The position numbers and the translations under genes are program-made. A model generated the notes under the pieces. It worked only from the letters and a program-made list of their open reading frames with translations, was not told the DNA's origin and made no database searches. From positions 960,001 through 1,024,000 of the forward strand of contig CAWDYW010000001.1 of the NCBI GenBank assembly GCA_963806855.1: 64,000 bases of DNA, written 5' to 3'. Below are positions 8,622 through 17,660 of the stretch, piece by piece (within the stretch, counting starts at the first letter, position 1; every line of letters begins with the position of its first letter). Source of the DNA: an uncultured Verrucomicrobiae bacterium. GTDB taxonomy: Bacteria; Chlamydiota; Chlamydiia; Chlamydiales; Rhabdochlamydiaceae.

Positions 8622-9065
8622 TTATCTGTGTCCACCATGGCCACCGCCACCGCCGCCACTACGTCCGCCACCGCCGCCACTACGTCCGCCACCGCCGCCG
8701 CCACCTTGTCTAACATTGGCATGTCCGCCGCCGCCACCTTGTCTAACACCGGCTTGACCTTGATTTCTGCCCTCATTGCCCCATCCGCGTCCATGACCGT
8801 GATCCCCACGGCGACGGTTACGATAATTATTATAATCCCCTTCGTCGCCATACCAAATCCCATAGTACCATCCTGGGCCAGTCCAATCTTGGTAATAACC
8901 GTCATCATAATCGCCATAATAACCGTCATCATAACCGTCTTCGTAGTAATAGCCATCCCCATCGCCGACACCGACATCGACAACTGGTGTTTGGATTGAA
9001 ACTTGAGAAACTAAAGAGCCACACAAGCAAGTAGCGGCAGTTAGTATTGCTAAATAAATATTCAT
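8622..9065 (-). CDS. Secreted Tyr/Trp-rich protein, WxGPGWYYG family (paralog 3) with Gly/Arg-rich tail
   Basis: N-terminus nearly identical to paralog 2 (MNIYLAILTAATCLCGSLVSQ), one WTGPGWYYGIWYG module, GGGGGRSGGGG tail. Confidence 0.85.
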   Translation of the reverse strand: MNIYLAILTAATCLCGSLVSQVSIQTPVVDVGVGDGDGYYYEDGYDDGYYGDYDDGYYQDWTGPGWYYGIWYGDEGDYNNYRNRRRGDHGHGRGWGNEGRNQGQAGVRQGGGGGHANVRQGGGGGGGRSGGGGGRSGGGGGGHGGHR

Positions 9066-9116
9066 CTTTCCCCCTTTGAGTTTAGGTCTTAAATTTCCTA
9101 TACCAATAAAGGGGAT

Positions 9117-10202
9117 TTAGAACAACTGCGTATAAGAAAGGATGATGGAAACGAAATTAGAGCTATTTCGGCCCGTGACTGTGAACCAGACCCCGCCGAT
9201 GAAGCCCCCATTCCCACTCAGATTGTATTCAATCGCTGGCGCGAGGGAGAGCTGATCAGAGGAGGGGGCCCCATTGACAACGGGCGGTGTCCCAGGAAAG
9301 CCTGAGAAGGTGCTCTTCCATGAATAGGTGTAGGCGATATCGTTTGCAAATACCCATTTTTGGGTGATGCTGACCTCGATTCCGAGGTCGATATTTAAAC
9401 TTGGGCCTACAGAGATTCGTCCCCGAGTGCCGAGGGAGCCTCCATAAGCGTTGAAGTCGCGCACCTTCACTTTAGCGTCCGGAAAGACATAGGATGAGGC
9501 CAATCGAACGCTGATCGGGTGGAGTTTGATCTTCCAGAAGATTTTATTGAGATTGAGGCCAACCGAGGTTTGATAAGCCCCGCCACCAGTGGCATCGATC
9601 CCAAACTTATTCGGGTTCAAGTGACGAAATTTTCCAGTTGGAAACACTTCCCCAACAACAAAGCGAACTGAGGGGCGGTAGGCAGATTGAGTGACGAGTT
9701 GGAAGCCAAAATTGATCGAGGTGTCCCCAAAGTGGCGTGCATATTGATCTTTTCTCCATCTGGCAAACCACTGGCCGATGATGGTGAAGTCGAGCCAATC
9801 GGAGAGGCCCCGTTGCACAAGGATTAGAGGATTGACCGTGTAGACATTGGGAACATTTATCGATTTGCGGTGATCATTGAACTGCGCATATTGGATTGTG
9901 TTATAGAGATACCCTTGGATGTTCACTTTCCATGGGGGGACGTTATTGGCAGAGCCTGTGATCAGCGGTCCTGTATACCAAGGGATGAACATCTTTTTGG
10001 CAGTTTGGAAATCCTTCTCCGCTTGGTCGAGCTCAACCTGGATCTGCTCAGGCGTCTTGATTGGTCCGGCAGGCCCTTGCTCTTGGGTCTCTTCAGTGGT
10101 CTTGATTTCTTCAGCCTGTAGAGCAGCTAGAGAGATCATAAGGATGGGAAGAAATTTTCTCATGATGATAGGTATACCTTTTTTTAGAATTCTGATAAAC
10201 AC
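9117..10202 (-). CDS. Putative outer-membrane beta-barrel transporter (MetA-pathway/phenol-degradation-like)
   Basis: Signal peptide, PWYTGPLIT, FGDTSINFG, FPTGKF, amphipathic strands, terminal F; start may be a downstream Met. Confidence 0.7.
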   Translation of the reverse strand: MFIRILKKGIPIIMRKFLPILMISLAALQAEEIKTTEETQEQGPAGPIKTPEQIQVELDQAEKDFQTAKKMFIPWYTGPLITGSANNVPPWKVNIQGYLYNTIQYAQFNDHRKSINVPNVYTVNPLILVQRGLSDWLDFTIIGQWFARWRKDQYARHFGDTSINFGFQLVTQSAYRPSVRFVVGEVFPTGKFRHLNPNKFGIDATGGGAYQTSVGLNLNKIFWKIKLHPISVRLASSYVFPDAKVKVRDFNAYGGSLGTRGRISVGPSLNIDLGIEVSITQKWVFANDIAYTYSWKSTFSGFPGTPPVVNGAPSSDQLSLAPAIEYNLSGNGGFIGGVWFTVTGRNSSNFVSIILSYTQLF

Positions 10203-10223
10203 AAAATAAAGAGGTTGGTCTAT

Positions 10224-10541
10224 ATGGAAATATCAGGCGACAAGCCAGACAGGGTGTTGTACAAACAGGAACTTCAAAAAGGGGTTAAGCTCTTTGAGGA
10301 TGGTTTCAAGGGGCTGCAGAAATCAAAGCTCGACGCTCAAAAATCGGAATACGAAAAAAGCATGGGCGAAAGTCTACAGGTGATTCAAGATACCGCCAAT
10401 GCGCTGATGAATAAACACCTGCTCAAGATGAAAGAGAAACTCGAAAAGGATTACCAAAATTATTTGGCTAATCCCACAGACCCAAATCGAGACAAGATCC
10501 AAAAAGATATCGATTCGTTAAAGAAATCGACTAGTTCCTAG
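10224..10541 (+). CDS. Small helical hypothetical protein
   Basis: Charged coiled-coil-like ORF in an intergenic gap; GAGG SD upstream. Confidence 0.65.
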   Translation: MEISGDKPDRVLYKQELQKGVKLFEDGFKGLQKSKLDAQKSEYEKSMGESLQVIQDTANALMNKHLLKMKEKLEKDYQNYLANPTDPNRDKIQKDIDSLKKSTSS

Positions 10542-11836
10542 ACGCTCTCAAATAATCGATGGATGTAATCATTGGAAAACAGCCCATCGGGATCTAATGC
10601 TTGCTTTGCATCCACGAACCGGTCGTAAGTCTGAGGATAAAGCTGCTTAACTTGCTCTTTTGTCAAAGTATGGATCTTGCCCCAGTGAGGTCTGCCTCGA
10701 TACTTCATCATCGCATTTTCAAATTCATGGAATAGTTCTCTGAATCCTTTTTTTATGATCGTAATATAGGTGAGATGTGCCACCGATTGATTAAGATTAG
10801 GGCTTAAGTAGCCATAGGGATCAGGTCCGACAAAGCGCACAGCAATGAAGGTAACCATTAAAGGATGATTTTTTGAATATTCAAGGATGACCTTCTTGGC
10901 ATCGCGAATTGCATTTTCGAGCTGTTCAACAGGAACTGCTATCTCTTCTTCTACATAATGCCCTTCATCTTCAGGGGAGAGGATTCGATAACTTTCATCT
11001 ACACAAGAAAAATTGGAAGAAACGGCCCGGTAAATTCGAAAGAGATTGGGGAAAACCCACCTTGGGGAAGGTAAATAGTCCATAGAGAGGACGGCAAGGA
11101 ATTTAAGAAGCACTATGTGGAAAATATAACCCCATCGATTTCGTATCTTCGCTTCGGTCTTTTGATATCCCAGGGCTAAAACTCTATCTGTATAGGGGCA
11201 TACCTCGAACATGAAATGGTCATAGGTCTTCAGCGACTGCGTAAGCTCTTTTAGGCAATCTTTTAAATCGCTCTTTGCTTTGGTTAACTTTAACCTCTGA
11301 AGGGGGATGCAACGGAGGGTCATGGCGTAAATGAGGCCTAAGCAACCCAGGTTGACTACAGCGGCAGAAAAGAGATGTTCATTGTTCTTGGCATTGAGAA
11401 TCTGGAGCTGTCCATGAGCATCAACCAGCTCGATTTCCTCTATGAAGCTACTCAAGGATCCTGTGTGTCCAGATCCATGAGTGGCTGTGGCAGTTGCGCC
11501 AGCGATACTCTGTCTAAGAATGTAGCCTTGATTCGGTAAAGAGAGCCCCTCTTTTGCTAAGCTCTTGACTAGGGCTTTCAGCTTAATTCCACTTTCCACA
11601 CGAACGGTCATTTTGGTCCGATCAATCAAAAGTACTTGATTGAGCTTATCCGTATGTACCTGGATATCAGGGGTCACACATAAATCATTATAGGAATGCA
11701 AGGAACCGATCGCTCGGATTTTTAATCCCCTCTCCTTGGCAGAGAGAACGATTTTTTTCAAATCTTCAAGGGAAGTTGGATAGACCACTTCCCTTGAAGT
11801 CCAAACTTGTACGTTTGACCAATTTCGATGTTTCAT
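10538..11836 (-). CDS. FAD-linked sugar-lactone oxidase (ALO / L-gulonolactone oxidase family)
   Basis: NWS start, RAIGSLHSYND, QSIAGATATATHGSG, LGCLGLI, GRPHWGK, DPDGLFSN. Confidence 0.88.
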   Translation of the reverse strand: MKHRNWSNVQVWTSREVVYPTSLEDLKKIVLSAKERGLKIRAIGSLHSYNDLCVTPDIQVHTDKLNQVLLIDRTKMTVRVESGIKLKALVKSLAKEGLSLPNQGYILRQSIAGATATATHGSGHTGSLSSFIEEIELVDAHGQLQILNAKNNEHLFSAAVVNLGCLGLIYAMTLRCIPLQRLKLTKAKSDLKDCLKELTQSLKTYDHFMFEVCPYTDRVLALGYQKTEAKIRNRWGYIFHIVLLKFLAVLSMDYLPSPRWVFPNLFRIYRAVSSNFSCVDESYRILSPEDEGHYVEEEIAVPVEQLENAIRDAKKVILEYSKNHPLMVTFIAVRFVGPDPYGYLSPNLNQSVAHLTYITIIKKGFRELFHEFENAMMKYRGRPHWGKIHTLTKEQVKQLYPQTYDRFVDAKQALDPDGLFSNDYIHRLFESV

Positions 11837-11866
11837 CTTATTTGAAACGCGATTGCCCGCGCCAAA

Positions 11867-12010
11867 TTAGAAACGTCCGCCAAAGATACCAATGAGGCCG
11901 ACGATAATCAAATAGAAAGCGACGATGTAGTTTAAAATTGCTGGGAATATAAGAATTAAAATCCCGGCTAGTAATGTTAAAATTGGGCTTAACAGTGGGT
12001 GTAGTAGCAT
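11867..12010 (-). CDS. 47-aa membrane peptide, DUF3096-like (below ORF-track cutoff)
   Basis: Translated by hand: MLLHPLLSPILTLLAGILILIFPAILNYIVAFYLIIVGLIGIFGGRF*; AAGGAG SD upstream. Confidence 0.8.
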   Translation of the reverse strand: MLLHPLLSPILTLLAGILILIFPAILNYIVAFYLIIVGLIGIFGGRF

Positions 12011-12109
12011 AATACAACTCCTTTATGTATTTACTTCCTTAATTAACATATATAACAAAAAAATCTTTTTGATCAATAAAATTATTCAGCTTGCTTAATT
12101 TTAGTTGCT

Positions 12110-12274
12110 TATACCGAAACAACCTGAAGAATCGGGAATTCGACAAGGAGGCGGCACAAATTTTGCAGTCTGGAACGAGCGACATTGTTCTAAACTGCGG
12201 CGCGAGTGAAGACTCAAAATTTTGGCCTAAGCCGACGACGTCGAAAAACCGATTCTTCAGGTTGTTTCGGGATA
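12110..12274. mobile_element. Palindromic MITE/RPE-like element
   Basis: Perfect 22-bp terminal inverted repeat CCGAAACAACCTGAAGAATCGG (12114-12135 / 12249-12270), further internal pairing, TA-rich flanks. Confidence 0.75.
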
Positions 12275-12333
12275 TATTTGCTTCTTGCATTTTTTTCCAG
12301 TATCACACAAAAGAAGTTTAAAGGGGAATAAGG

Positions 12334-13410
12334 ATGCAAGACAAAGAGATTATTCTGATCACAGGTTGTAGCGGGAGAATAGGATTTAGATGCGCGGAGA
12401 AATTTGCAGATAAATACAAAGTCCTAGGAGCCGACGTGTTCTTGGTGGGCCATTTGCCGGGGATTGAGCTAATCGGGATTGATCTTGGCTCTCCCAAAAA
12501 TCTCCAAGAGGGATTGGCAATCATTAAATCCCAATTTGGCAATCGGATCGCATCGGTCATCCATTTAGCTGCCTACTACAGTTTCACAAAAGGGCACTGG
12601 GGAGAATACGAGAGGATCACGATCAATGGAACAAAGAATCTCTTAGAGGGCCTGCTCACGGATTTTGAGGTGGGGCAGTTCATCTTCTCTAGTACGATGC
12701 TGGTCCATGCTCCTTGCAAAAAGGGAGAGAAAATCACAGAAGAATCGCCGGTTAGCCCGACTTGGAATTATCCCAAATCGAAAGTGATCACTGAGAATAT
12801 CATTCATGAAAAGCTGCATGGGAAAATCCCTTATGTGATTTTTCGCATAGCGGGTGTCTATGATGATCAGTGCCATTCGATCCCTCTTTCGAATCAGATT
12901 CAGCGGATTTATGAAAATCAATTGGAAGGACATGTCTTTGCTGGCGATACCTCGCATGGAGCTTCCTTCATCCATATGGAGGATCTTGTCGATGCGATCT
13001 ATCGGGCGGTTGAGAAGAGGAAAGAGCTTCCAAAAGAGCTAGTATTGCTTTTGGGTGAACCGACCACTCTGAGCTATGATGAAATTCAAAGGCAAGTGTC
13101 GAAATTGATCTATGGGAAAGAGTGGAAGACCTGGGGCATCCCAAAACCAATAGCGAAACTCGGGGCGTATGCCATGGAGCTTCTCCCATTTTTCAGAAAA
13201 GGATTTATCCAACCCTGGATGATCGATCTGGCCGATGATCACTATGAGCTCGATATTTCCAAGGCAAAAAGATATCTAAACTGGGAGCCGAGGCATCATT
13301 TAAAAGAGACGATTCCGCTCTGGATCGATCAGCTGAAACGAGAGCCGCTCGCCTGGTATGATATCAATAAACTAAGACCTTCAGCAAAAATAGTGCATGG
13401 ACAGAATTAG
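12334..13410 (+). CDS. NAD-dependent epimerase/dehydratase (extended SDR)
   Basis: ITGCSGRIG, VIHLAAYY, FSSTM, YPKSK. Confidence 0.88.
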   Translation: MQDKEIILITGCSGRIGFRCAEKFADKYKVLGADVFLVGHLPGIELIGIDLGSPKNLQEGLAIIKSQFGNRIASVIHLAAYYSFTKGHWGEYERITINGTKNLLEGLLTDFEVGQFIFSSTMLVHAPCKKGEKITEESPVSPTWNYPKSKVITENIIHEKLHGKIPYVIFRIAGVYDDQCHSIPLSNQIQRIYENQLEGHVFAGDTSHGASFIHMEDLVDAIYRAVEKRKELPKELVLLLGEPTTLSYDEIQRQVSKLIYGKEWKTWGIPKPIAKLGAYAMELLPFFRKGFIQPWMIDLADDHYELDISKAKRYLNWEPRHHLKETIPLWIDQLKREPLAWYDINKLRPSAKIVHGQN

Positions 13411-13455
13411 GATATTTATTAGCGCAAGCAGGAGAAATCAATCTGGAAATTCTTG

Positions 13456-14619
13456 CTAAATGGTACGTCTAGTCCATAAAAATAGCGGAATGGCGGCGAC
13501 TTGAGTCACGATAGAAAAGATGACGAGCGCAACAATCGAAATATCATAGAAAATTCCCATTATCGCGCTCCCAATTGCCCAAAAAATCCCGATGACTAAA
13601 TTGAGTAATCCATAGGCCGAACCTCGCTGCTTTGGTTGGACAAGCACGGCCACGATCGAGCGAACAATCGATTCTTGAGCCCCCATCCCAATGCCCCAGA
13701 GGACCATCCCCAGAAGAGCCCACTTAAATCCCCCTAAAAAGACGAGGGGGGCAAAGAATAGGGAAATCGCTGTTGAGACAATCAGAACCCAGATTCCTTT
13801 GATATCAAAGAGTCGCCCAACGATCAGAGCGGTAAGGCCATCGACCCCCATCGCAATCGAATACAACAGGGGGATCCAGAGGGGAGAGAAGCCTGATGAT
13901 TTTTGAAAATGGTAGGCGATCAGAGTAAAATCTGTATACCCTGCAATCACAAGCCCCACTGCCAAAGCATAAATCCAGAAGGTCTTTGTGAGCCCTTTAG
14001 TTTTTAGAGTGGGGGTTTGCCTTTCCAATTTTTCAGGCGATGGAAAGGAAATTCTAGCTAGAGCAAGGATCAGAAGAGAGAGTAGAGCAGGGATGAACAG
14101 GAAGAGGAAACTCCTTTGATAGCCCATCTTATAATAGAGGAGAATCGCAATGAAAATCGGGCCGATGATGGCGCCAATTTGATCGAGCGCTTCATGCAGT
14201 CCAAAGCCCCATCCCCGTCCTGTCTGCTTCGTCGCGTAGGAAAGGATCGCATCTCGCGGAGGTACCCGTATAGCTTTGCCAAAACGTTCTAAGATGATGA
14301 GCAGAGAAGCCATCTGCCAACTGCCGGCAAACGCCAGGAGTGGAACTGCGACTAAATTGATCACATACCCCAGAATAGTGAGCAGCCAGTAATTGCCTGT
14401 TTTGTCGCTAAAATATCCCGCAACCGCGCGGAAACTATAGCCAATAAAGGTGGCGACACCAACGACAGAGCCTACAGCAGTGCCACTAGCTCCTAGGAAA
14501 GAAAAAAAGGGGCCAATGATGCTGCGCGCTCCTTCATAGGTTACGTCAGCAAATAGGCTCACCAACCCAAGGAGGATGATCAGTCTAAGAGAAGCTTTTT
14601 TCAGCTTGGAGGAGGTCAT
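13456..14619 (-). CDS. MFS transporter
   Basis: ~12 hydrophobic segments, VSLFADVTYEGARS, ERFGKAIRVPPRDA; start likely ATG 14619. Confidence 0.9.
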   Translation of the reverse strand: MTSSKLKKASLRLIILLGLVSLFADVTYEGARSIIGPFFSFLGASGTAVGSVVGVATFIGYSFRAVAGYFSDKTGNYWLLTILGYVINLVAVPLLAFAGSWQMASLLIILERFGKAIRVPPRDAILSYATKQTGRGWGFGLHEALDQIGAIIGPIFIAILLYYKMGYQRSFLFLFIPALLSLLILALARISFPSPEKLERQTPTLKTKGLTKTFWIYALAVGLVIAGYTDFTLIAYHFQKSSGFSPLWIPLLYSIAMGVDGLTALIVGRLFDIKGIWVLIVSTAISLFFAPLVFLGGFKWALLGMVLWGIGMGAQESIVRSIVAVLVQPKQRGSAYGLLNLVIGIFWAIGSAIMGIFYDISIVALVIFSIVTQVAAIPLFLWTRRTI

Positions 14620-14663
14620 TATTTGGACTATACAGAAATAGCTAATTCGATTAGAAGAAAGAT

Positions 14664-15314
14664 ATGCTAAAAAACCTCTCATTTTTAATCGTCCTTCTTT
14701 GTAGCCAGCTTATTTATGGCGTCAGCCTTCAGAGCGATATCGATCGGGCGGTCGTAACGATTCGGGACTTCAAGAGGATGCCCGAGTCCAGCATCCCCAA
14801 TCAAGTGCTGAAAAACGCCCAAGGGCTTGTGATCCTCAATGAAGTGAAAGGGGGATTCATTTTTAGCGGTGGGATCGGTTCTGGGCTTATCGTCGCCAGA
14901 TTAAATCAAGGGTGGTCGGCCCCTTCTGCGATTGGGACCGGTTCGGTGGGTTGGGGATTTCAAATTGGGGGCGAAGTGACCGATCTAGTCCTAGTTTTGA
15001 ATAACAAGGCAGCTGTTGAGGCTTTTTCTCACGGAGGGAGCATCACATTGGGTGGGAATTTGAGTATTGCGGCAGGCCCCCTTGGCAGAACAGCAGAGGC
15101 CGATGTCGTTCTTCCACCTGCTGCGATCTATACCTACAGCATCAGCCGCGGGGTATTTGGCGGTGTTTCTCTTAAAGGGGCAGTCTTTGTGGAGCGGGCA
15201 TCAGACAATGCAGCTTTTTACGGATTTCAAGCCACCCCCTATCAATTGTTATATGGGCAGGTGCCGCCGCCAGCTAGCGCCAAGCCGCTTTATGATGAGT
15301 TAAATCAATTCTGA
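14664..15314 (+). CDS. SYLF/Ysc84 lipid-binding domain protein, secreted
   Basis: Signal peptide; KGGFIFSGGIGSG, WSAPS, GFQIGG, AAGPLGR, YSISRGVFGGVSL. Confidence 0.88.
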   Translation: MLKNLSFLIVLLCSQLIYGVSLQSDIDRAVVTIRDFKRMPESSIPNQVLKNAQGLVILNEVKGGFIFSGGIGSGLIVARLNQGWSAPSAIGTGSVGWGFQIGGEVTDLVLVLNNKAAVEAFSHGGSITLGGNLSIAAGPLGRTAEADVVLPPAAIYTYSISRGVFGGVSLKGAVFVERASDNAAFYGFQATPYQLLYGQVPPPASAKPLYDELNQF

Positions 15315-16480
15315 CCAGCGATAAAACCCGTTGTCCAGGCATTTTGGAAGTTGAAGCCCCCTGTCACCCCATCGATATTTAAAATTTCTCCAGCAAAGAA
15401 TAACCCGGGACAAATCTTGCTCTCCATCGTCTGAAAATTGACCTCGCTCAAAGTGACGCCGCCGCAAGTGACAAACTCCTCCTTGTTGGTCGTCTTTCCT
15501 TCGACTTTATAGACATCAGCGTGCAGCTTTTCGGCTAATTTCCGCAGATCTTTATTTGAAATATCCTTAATTTTTCGATCGTCGGTAAATCGCTTCCATA
15601 AATTCTTAGGCAGGTTGAACAGATTTTCAGTGGTAAGATTCCGCTGTGGAGAACTCACTTTTAACTCCACCAGGGCCTGGTAAAGTTCTTCGATATTGTG
15701 CTTGGGTAGCCAATTGACGATTAGATCGACCTGGTAATTCTTGGCATGTAGTTCCCGCGCTGCCCATGCCGAGAGCTTGATCGCTGCAGGACCGCTAAAG
15801 CCAAAATGGGTAAGGAGCAGCGGCCCCGTTTGGATGAGTTGAGTGCCGCCGATTTTGAGCTCCGCAATAAGCGAGACGCCGCCAAGATCGAGCAGAGGGG
15901 AACTGGGGACATTAAAGGTAAAAAGAGAGGGGATCGGCTCCTGGATCGTATGCCCCAATTGCCTTGCCCACTCATAGCCTTGAGGACTACTTCCAGTGGC
16001 AAGGAGAAGGGTTCCTGTGACGATTTCATTAACCAAAAAACCCTTGTCTCTTTTTACGATCTGCTCCACTTTTTGGCGCAGTGCAATCTCGACTCCCAGC
16101 TTCTTGGCCTCGTCGAGCAGACAATGGATAATGGTTTCAGAGCTATCGGTGGTGGGGAACATCCGTCCATCCGATTCGGTTTTGAGCTTGACTCCTCGCG
16201 ACTCAAACCACTCTACCGTATCGCGCGGGCCAAAGCGGTGAAAGGGACCGATCAGCTCCTTGCCGCCGCGCGGGTAATTTTTTGAAAGGAGCAAGGGATC
16301 AAAACAGGCGTGCGTCACATTGCACCGCCCGCCGCCCGATATCCTCACTTTAGAAAGGAGAACTGCACTTTTTTCAAGAAGAAGGACAGAGGCTTTCGGA
16401 TGGGTCCGCTTGGCCTCAATCGCAGCGAAAATACCCGCCGCCCCGCCGCCGATAATCAGGTAATCTATCTTTTTTTCCAC
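15305..16480 (-). CDS. HI0933/BaiN-family flavoprotein
   Basis: IIGGGAAG, KVRISGGGRCNVTH, THFGFSGPA, VTCGGV, GVTGGFNFQNAW; start likely GTG 16480. Confidence 0.9.
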   Translation of the reverse strand: MEKKIDYLIIGGGAAGIFAAIEAKRTHPKASVLLLEKSAVLLSKVRISGGGRCNVTHACFDPLLLSKNYPRGGKELIGPFHRFGPRDTVEWFESRGVKLKTESDGRMFPTTDSSETIIHCLLDEAKKLGVEIALRQKVEQIVKRDKGFLVNEIVTGTLLLATGSSPQGYEWARQLGHTIQEPIPSLFTFNVPSSPLLDLGGVSLIAELKIGGTQLIQTGPLLLTHFGFSGPAAIKLSAWAARELHAKNYQVDLIVNWLPKHNIEELYQALVELKVSSPQRNLTTENLFNLPKNLWKRFTDDRKIKDISNKDLRKLAEKLHADVYKVEGKTTNKEEFVTCGGVTLSEVNFQTMESKICPGLFFAGEILNIDGVTGGFNFQNAWTTGFIAGQN

Positions 16481-16502
16481 TTGTATTATTATACTCAGAA
16501 TT

Positions 16503-17291
16503 ATGAAGATATTCAATTTAGAAATGGAGTGGATCCATCAGCTGCAACATGCGCTGCGAACACCCCTGCTCGATTGGTTCTTTATTGGATGGAACTATCT
16601 AGACACCTTTGCTTTTTCCATGATTGTCATTATTGCTGTATGGACGCTGGTCGATAGGAAAATCGGCATTAAAATGTTATATATCCTCATCCTCAGCGGC
16701 GTATTAAATAAGTTTTTAAAAACCATTTTTGGACTCCCCCGCCCTTGCCACCTCGATCCATCGATGACCGTCTGGGTCTGTTATCCCAATTTTGGCTTTC
16801 CCAGTGGTGCGGCGCAGTCGGCGATGATTTATATTGGAGTTCTACTCATTGAGACTAAGAAACGGATCAACTGTCTATGGGGGGTGCTCTTTGGCCTCCT
16901 CCTTTGCTTCTCCAGGATCTATCTGGGCCTCCATTTTTTTACCGATATCCTTGGAGGGCTTGTAGTGGGCGCCTTGCTTGTCCTCCTCTATTGGAAGCTC
17001 TCCCCTCTGCTGGAATCCTATTGGAAATGGGGCGTTCTATTATTTCCCTTCCTGCTATTGCCAATGATCAGTCACCCGACCATGATCTTTTTCTGGAGCA
17101 GCTTAGGCGTCGGCCTAGGGTTGTTCCTCCCTCAAAAAGCCATTGAGAATAAGTGGGTCGATTTTTCGATTGTCCTTATCGGCTGTGCCCTCTGCCTAGC
17201 TGGATTGACTCTTTTCCCCAAGTTGAGCCCGATCTTCTCCCTACTGATGGGCTTTTGGCTCAGTTTTTCTAAGAGACCGTTGTCGAATTAA
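16503..17291 (+). CDS. PAP2-family membrane phosphatase
   Basis: KxxxxxxRP, FPSGAAQ (usual His is Ala), SRIYLGLHFFTD. Confidence 0.85.
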   Translation: MKIFNLEMEWIHQLQHALRTPLLDWFFIGWNYLDTFAFSMIVIIAVWTLVDRKIGIKMLYILILSGVLNKFLKTIFGLPRPCHLDPSMTVWVCYPNFGFPSGAAQSAMIYIGVLLIETKKRINCLWGVLFGLLLCFSRIYLGLHFFTDILGGLVVGALLVLLYWKLSPLLESYWKWGVLLFPFLLLPMISHPTMIFFWSSLGVGLGLFLPQKAIENKWVDFSIVLIGCALCLAGLTLFPKLSPIFSLLMGFWLSFSKRPLSN

Positions 17292-17595
17292 TCTTCAGTC
17301 GATTTTTGATTCAAATTCGGGGGGTAATATCATCCTCCTGTATATGACCCCCCCCCGAATTTGAATCGAAATGAGTACCTCTTATCAATAGTTTTTGGCA
17401 TTTGGGCTGCGTCAAAGCCCCGGGGTTGAGATACCACCAAGGGGGGTTGTATTGCGAACATAATACTACCCCCCTTGGTGGTATCTCAACCGCGGGAGCT
17501 TTCACGTCAGCCGAAATGCCCAAAAACTATTGATAAGAGGTACTTGGCCAAAATAATCCCGAAAATCGACGAAGCATTAATTCGACAACGGTCTC
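17273..17595. mobile_element. Outer palindromic MITE/RPE-like element carrying a nested second element
   Basis: Perfect 20-bp TIR GAGACCGTTGTCGAATTAAT (17273-17292 / 17576-17595); internal hairpin 17308-17367. Confidence 0.8.
17374..17544. mobile_element. Inner nested palindromic element (171 bp)
   Basis: TIR AGTACCTCTTATCAATAGTTTTTGG / CCAAAAACTATTGATAAGAGGTACT; central stem GGTTGAGATACCACCAAGGGGGG / CCCCCCTTGGTGGTATCTCAACC. Confidence 0.85.
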
Positions 17596-17660
17596 AAAAC
17601 TATTGCACGAAAACCCTCTTAGGATGAGAATAGATCCAATACATCTTAGGGGGTATCCGA

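Noticed and set aside
8612..8999. Ala/Thr- and Val/Ala-rich ORFs
   Set aside because: Alternate-frame and antisense readings of the Gly-rich paralog 8622-9065.
12039..12321. ORFs over the palindromes (also 17311-17523, 28140-28430, 39949-40224, 56105-56311)
   Set aside because: Products of reading through inverted repeats; no independent coding evidence.
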